Below are positions 59,696-64,000 of a stretch of DNA of 64,000 bases, piece after piece. This stretch comes from Azolla caroliniana (taxonomy: Eukaryota > Plantae > Polypodiophyta): the NCBI GenBank assembly GCA_043228905.1, contig JBHGNT010000007.1, positions 13,268,001 to 13,332,000 of the forward strand, written 5' to 3'. The notes below the pieces were generated by a model. It had not been told where the DNA came from and did no database searches. It was given only the letters and a program-made list of their open reading frames with translations. A program made the translations under genes and the position numbers. How positions within the stretch are numbered: position 1 is the stretch's first letter; every line of letters begins with the position of its first letter.

Positions 59696-62600
59696 CAACA
59701 GAGAGAGAGAGAGTGCTCGAGATAGAGATATTTAAACTGTATATTACATAAGACTTCCAACAGTAACTAAGTTACAATGAGTTGGTTTATATACCAACTA
59801 AGCTAGGGCAAGTGCCCTTTCTGCTATTTACAAAACTAGCCTGGTATGTCCATGGGCTAGCGTGAACCTATTCCTATGGGAAGTTTAGTTCGATTCTCAA
59901 CACACCCCTTCGAACACAACTTCCATCTGTTCGGTTTGAAGTTCGGCGTACATATCTGCATATCAATGCATACTCTGCGTACTCCCCCCTTAAGCTCGGC
60001 AATGTAGGCGGCATGAGACCAAGATCCAATACAAATTGCCCGAGCTTGTCTACTCCTAAGGCCTTCGTAAATATATCAACAACCTGGAGGTGCATGCTGA
60101 TATGTTGGAGATCGATTTATCCGGCTTGTACGCGCTCGTGGATGAAGTGGTAGTGCACTTCGATGTGATTAGTCCGCGCGTGAAATACGGGGTTGCGCGC
60201 CAAGTAGATATTGCTCATGTTGTTGCAGTACAAGTGTATTGGATCTTTGATGGGAACGCCCAGATCCTTCAGTACGCGCTTAAGCCATACGGCTTCACAT
60301 GCGGCGACTGCCGCACCCCTGTATTTGGTTTCTGTGCTCGACAGTGCGACTGTCGGTTGTTTCTTGCTGCTCCAGGAGATTGCTCCATTGTCGAGGGAGA
60401 AAACAAATCCGGACACGGATCGTCTATCTGATTTGTATCCTGCCCAGTTCGTGTTCGTGTACCCTTCGAGTTGAACAATCGTATTCGACTTATATAAGAT
60501 GCCGTGATCCATTGTCGTACTGACATACCATAGTATCCTCTTAGCACAATCGAGATGAAGGTTACGCGGATTCTGCATGAATTGGCTAAGTAGGCCGACT
60601 GAATAACTTAGGTCGGGTCGCATAATGGTGAGATAGATCAAGCTACCGATCAGTTGGCAATACTGAGTCGGTTCAGTCTCGGCCATGCTAGAATTGGCAT
60701 CAATCTTGATATTGCGATCTAGAGGGGTAGTCACAGGTTTGCACTTTGTCATTCCGAATTTGTACAGTACGTTGAGGACGTAGTGCCGTTGTGAGATCAT
60801 TATCCCAACTGGTGTCCGAATTACTTCAATACCTAGGAAGTAATGAAGTTCGCGTAGGTCTTTCATTTTGAATTTGCTGGAAAGAAGTGATTTAACTTTG
60901 TTAATCTCGGCTAGATCCTTTCCTCCGATGACCAAATCATCCACATACAAGACAATGATTATCGGGCTATCCGACTCGTTTCGGATGTACAGGGAAGTGT
61001 CCGATTTTGACATCCGAAATCCGACTTGATGAAGATAGTACGTGATCTTCAAATGCCAAGCGCGTGGTGCTTGTTTGAGGCCATAAAGTGGCTTCTTGAG
61101 TCGGCATACGGCGTGCAGATGTTTACGTGATTCGAATCCAGGTGATTGTATCATGTACAACTCTTCTTCTAACTCTCCTTGGAGGAAAGCATTTTTCACG
61201 TACATCTGGTGGAGGTGCCATCCCGTCGCTACGGTGAGTGCAATTACGGTTCGTACTGTGGTCATCTTTGCCATCGGGGCACAGGTTTCTTCGTAGTCTA
61301 CATCATGTGTTTGCGCGTATCCTTTTGCAACGAGCCGTGCTTTGAAGCGATTTACAGAGCCGTCAGCATTATGTTTCACTTTGTAAATCCACCTACAGCC
61401 AATCGGTTTCTTGTTCAGGGGATGAGGAATGAGATCCCATGTCTCGTTTTTACATAATGCTTCCATTTCCTCATTCATCGCATTAACCCATCGCGGATCC
61501 TTCACGGCTTCAGAAAGCGTTCTTGGCTCCCGTACTGACGCTACCTTCGTCATGAAGGCGTAATGATATGCCAAGTACTCGTCATAGCCGTAGCGGTTTA
61601 CGGGGTTCTTCTCACACGTAGATCAACGTGGCTTGTCGTTTGCAGACTCTAGAGGTTTCTTCATGTCGTTCGTGTGAATGTCAGGGCCTTCGAACTCACT
61701 GTCAAGATCGAAATGATCTTTGTATTCTTGCATTTTCGCCTTGCCTTTGTCAAGCTTTGGACTTGGCCGAAATGTGCTTTTATCACTTGGGGGCTCTTGC
61801 GGTCCACTCAGCCATGTCGTAGTGGGTTGTCTTCAAACATCTACATGAGCCGATCCTCGGCTTCTATTCTTATTTCAGTGTCATCCGCGTCGAGTGGAGT
61901 CGAAGTATTCTCTGGTGCGTACCAGGATGCGGACTCGTCGAAGACTGCGTCTCGACTAATGCGAACTTTTCGAGTAGATGGGTTGTAGCATTTGTACCCC
62001 TTTTGTTCGAGCAAGTATCCCACGAGGATACATTTCTCCAACTTTGGATCAAGCTTTTGCCGCGTATCGTCGGGAATGTGTACATAGGTGATTGAGCCGA
62101 AAATGCAAACATGCGATAAGTTCGGCTTCTTCCCGAAAAACTTCTCATGCGGAGTTATGTCATGTACTCCTGAGGTTGTGCACTTGTTCATGAGGTATAC
62201 GGCCATATTTGCCGCTTCTGCCCAGTATGATTTCGGCAAGTTCTTCTCATTCATCATAGCTCATGCGACTTCGACTATGTGCCTGTTTTTCCGCTCTGCT
62301 ACGTCGTTTTGCTTAGGCGTATGTCGGCACGAGAACTCTCGTTGGATTCCTTCTTTTTGGAGATACTCCGTGAACTCATCCGAAAAGTATTCTTTTCCTC
62401 CGCCTGATCGAAGGCAACGTACGTGACAGCTCGTAGCTTTTTCTACTTCAGGTTTGAACTTCTGGAAGTGTCTGAACACTTCGCTCTTTTGTCTCATCGG
62501 GTAGATCTAGGTGTTCCTGGAGAAGTCGTCGATGAACGTGACATAATAACGGCATCCGCCAAAGGTAGCCATTTGGGATGGTCCCCACACATCTAAATGT

Positions 62601-64000
62601 ATTACATCCAGGATCCCTTTGCTCACATTCCGCTCCTTAGAGAATGGGTGACGATGTTGCTTTCCGAATTGGCATGCTTCGCACACGCCCGTGATCTCCT
62701 TTGTCGTAAAGTTCGGAAGTCCGATTACGACTCCTTTTGTCTGCATGTTCTGAAGCTTTTGGAGATTAATGTGGCCAATCCTCTTGTGCCACAATTTCAA
62801 GTTAGTGTCGACTTTCTGGCCCTTTGCGTACATGGCCGACTTTACCTCGCTCGACTCGAGGATGAACATACGGCCTTCACGACGGCCGTAGGCTACGATT
62901 CGATCACCTTTTTCGATAAAACAACCATCATTGTTGAATCGTACTTGCATTCCCTGTTCAACAATCTGACCTACTGAGATCAGGTTCTTCGTGATTGTTG
63001 GGACATGCAAGACGTTCTTGAGGTAAGTTTGGTCCCCGTTATTTCCGAATGGGACATTCCCGATATGCTGTATTGAATGAGTCGTGTCATCGCCAGTCTC
63101 GACATATCCGGGCTGATCGGGTTTATGCAGTTCTCGGAACCAATCTTCATGAGACACGGTGATATGGTTGGACGCACCCGAGTCAACAAACCATACACTG
63201 TTTGAGGCGGAGGCGCTAGTTGAAGCCTGTGCGGACATTGAGTGTGCTTTATGCCTCATTACGAACATTCCACCACGATCACCATAGTCAGAATTTGTTG
63301 CGTAGTTCGTGAGTTGTCAGCCTGCCTCACGTTTCTTCTTCCAGCACTCTTCTTCGTAGTGGTCGGGTTTTCCGCAGTACTCACACTCGACTGGGTTTCG
63401 GCGATTTCACGGTCCGGCGTTATGACTCTCCCTTCCGCCAAGTTCTTTGGGCCCGATCCTGCCCGCTTGCCACTAGTGGGAGTTACGCCCTTGATTCCGC
63501 CGATCATTATGGCCTTGTCCGAAACGACCTCTGTTTCCACGGCCAAAATCTCTTTTATTATCCGATTGGGAGTAGAGCAAATGACTATATGATGCATTGC
63601 TCCTTTGTCGGGTGTGATTCTCTTCTACTAGAAATACGATTGAAGGTTGAAGGAGGGAGGGTTCTCCCTTGCAAGAATGGCTGATCTAATCACGCTGAAA
63701 TGCAGTGCTAAGCTTCTGAGGCATATCTGCACCAGTTCGTCATCATCAATGACGACGTTGATCGATCCGAGAGTGTCACATAGCTCCTTGATCTTCAAGG
63801 TATAGCTTGAGATTGACATGTCCCTTTGTTGGATGCTATTTAGCTCCTGACAAAGCTGAAGCTTCCGTGCGGCCGTGTTGGCTGCGAAAATCTTTTTGAG
63901 ATTTTCCCATGCCTGCTTTGGCATTTTTGCCTCTTGAATGTAGCAAAGCATATGATCATGAACGCATGATGCTAGACAATACAACATACGGCTCACGGCC
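59620..64000 (-). mobile_element. Ty1/Copia element G (runs off the window)
   Basis: 3' LTR remnant ending CTCAACA at 59902; RT-RH ORF 60117-61574 (RFKARLVAKG, YVDD, WSSKKQ, TNHIEVHYH); PR WFVDSGASNH and INT at 61841-63268; gag 63628-63996. Confidence 0.95.

Overview
Eukaryotic plant nuclear DNA, about 90% of it a stack of nested, mostly pseudogenised transposable elements. A non-seed land plant such as a moss is inferred from the Tcn1-like chromovirus and the Trp-primed Gypsy families. Main elements: Trp-primed Gypsy A (4734-30997), which contains Copia C (9863-15029) and Gypsy B (19432-30891; B carries two solo LTRs and an extra ORF); a gag-only non-autonomous relative of A (E, 31288-36322); an L1-type LINE (about 40651-50033) interrupted by a chromovirus (41430-45294); and several Copia remnants and solo LTRs. 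The only host gene found is a two-exon RPL41 (eL41) gene on the minus strand (56152-56714), which the ORF track misses. The most notable observation is a tRNA-derived A-box/B-box (Pol III-type) cassette built antisense into the U3 region of two different Gypsy LTR families. Others are a 14-copy ~106-bp satellite with higher-order structure inside one LTR, CpG-centred 4-bp target sites for the Trp-primed family, and a (TTTAGGG)3 insertion in a gag gene. All alignments were done by eye; no database searches were run.
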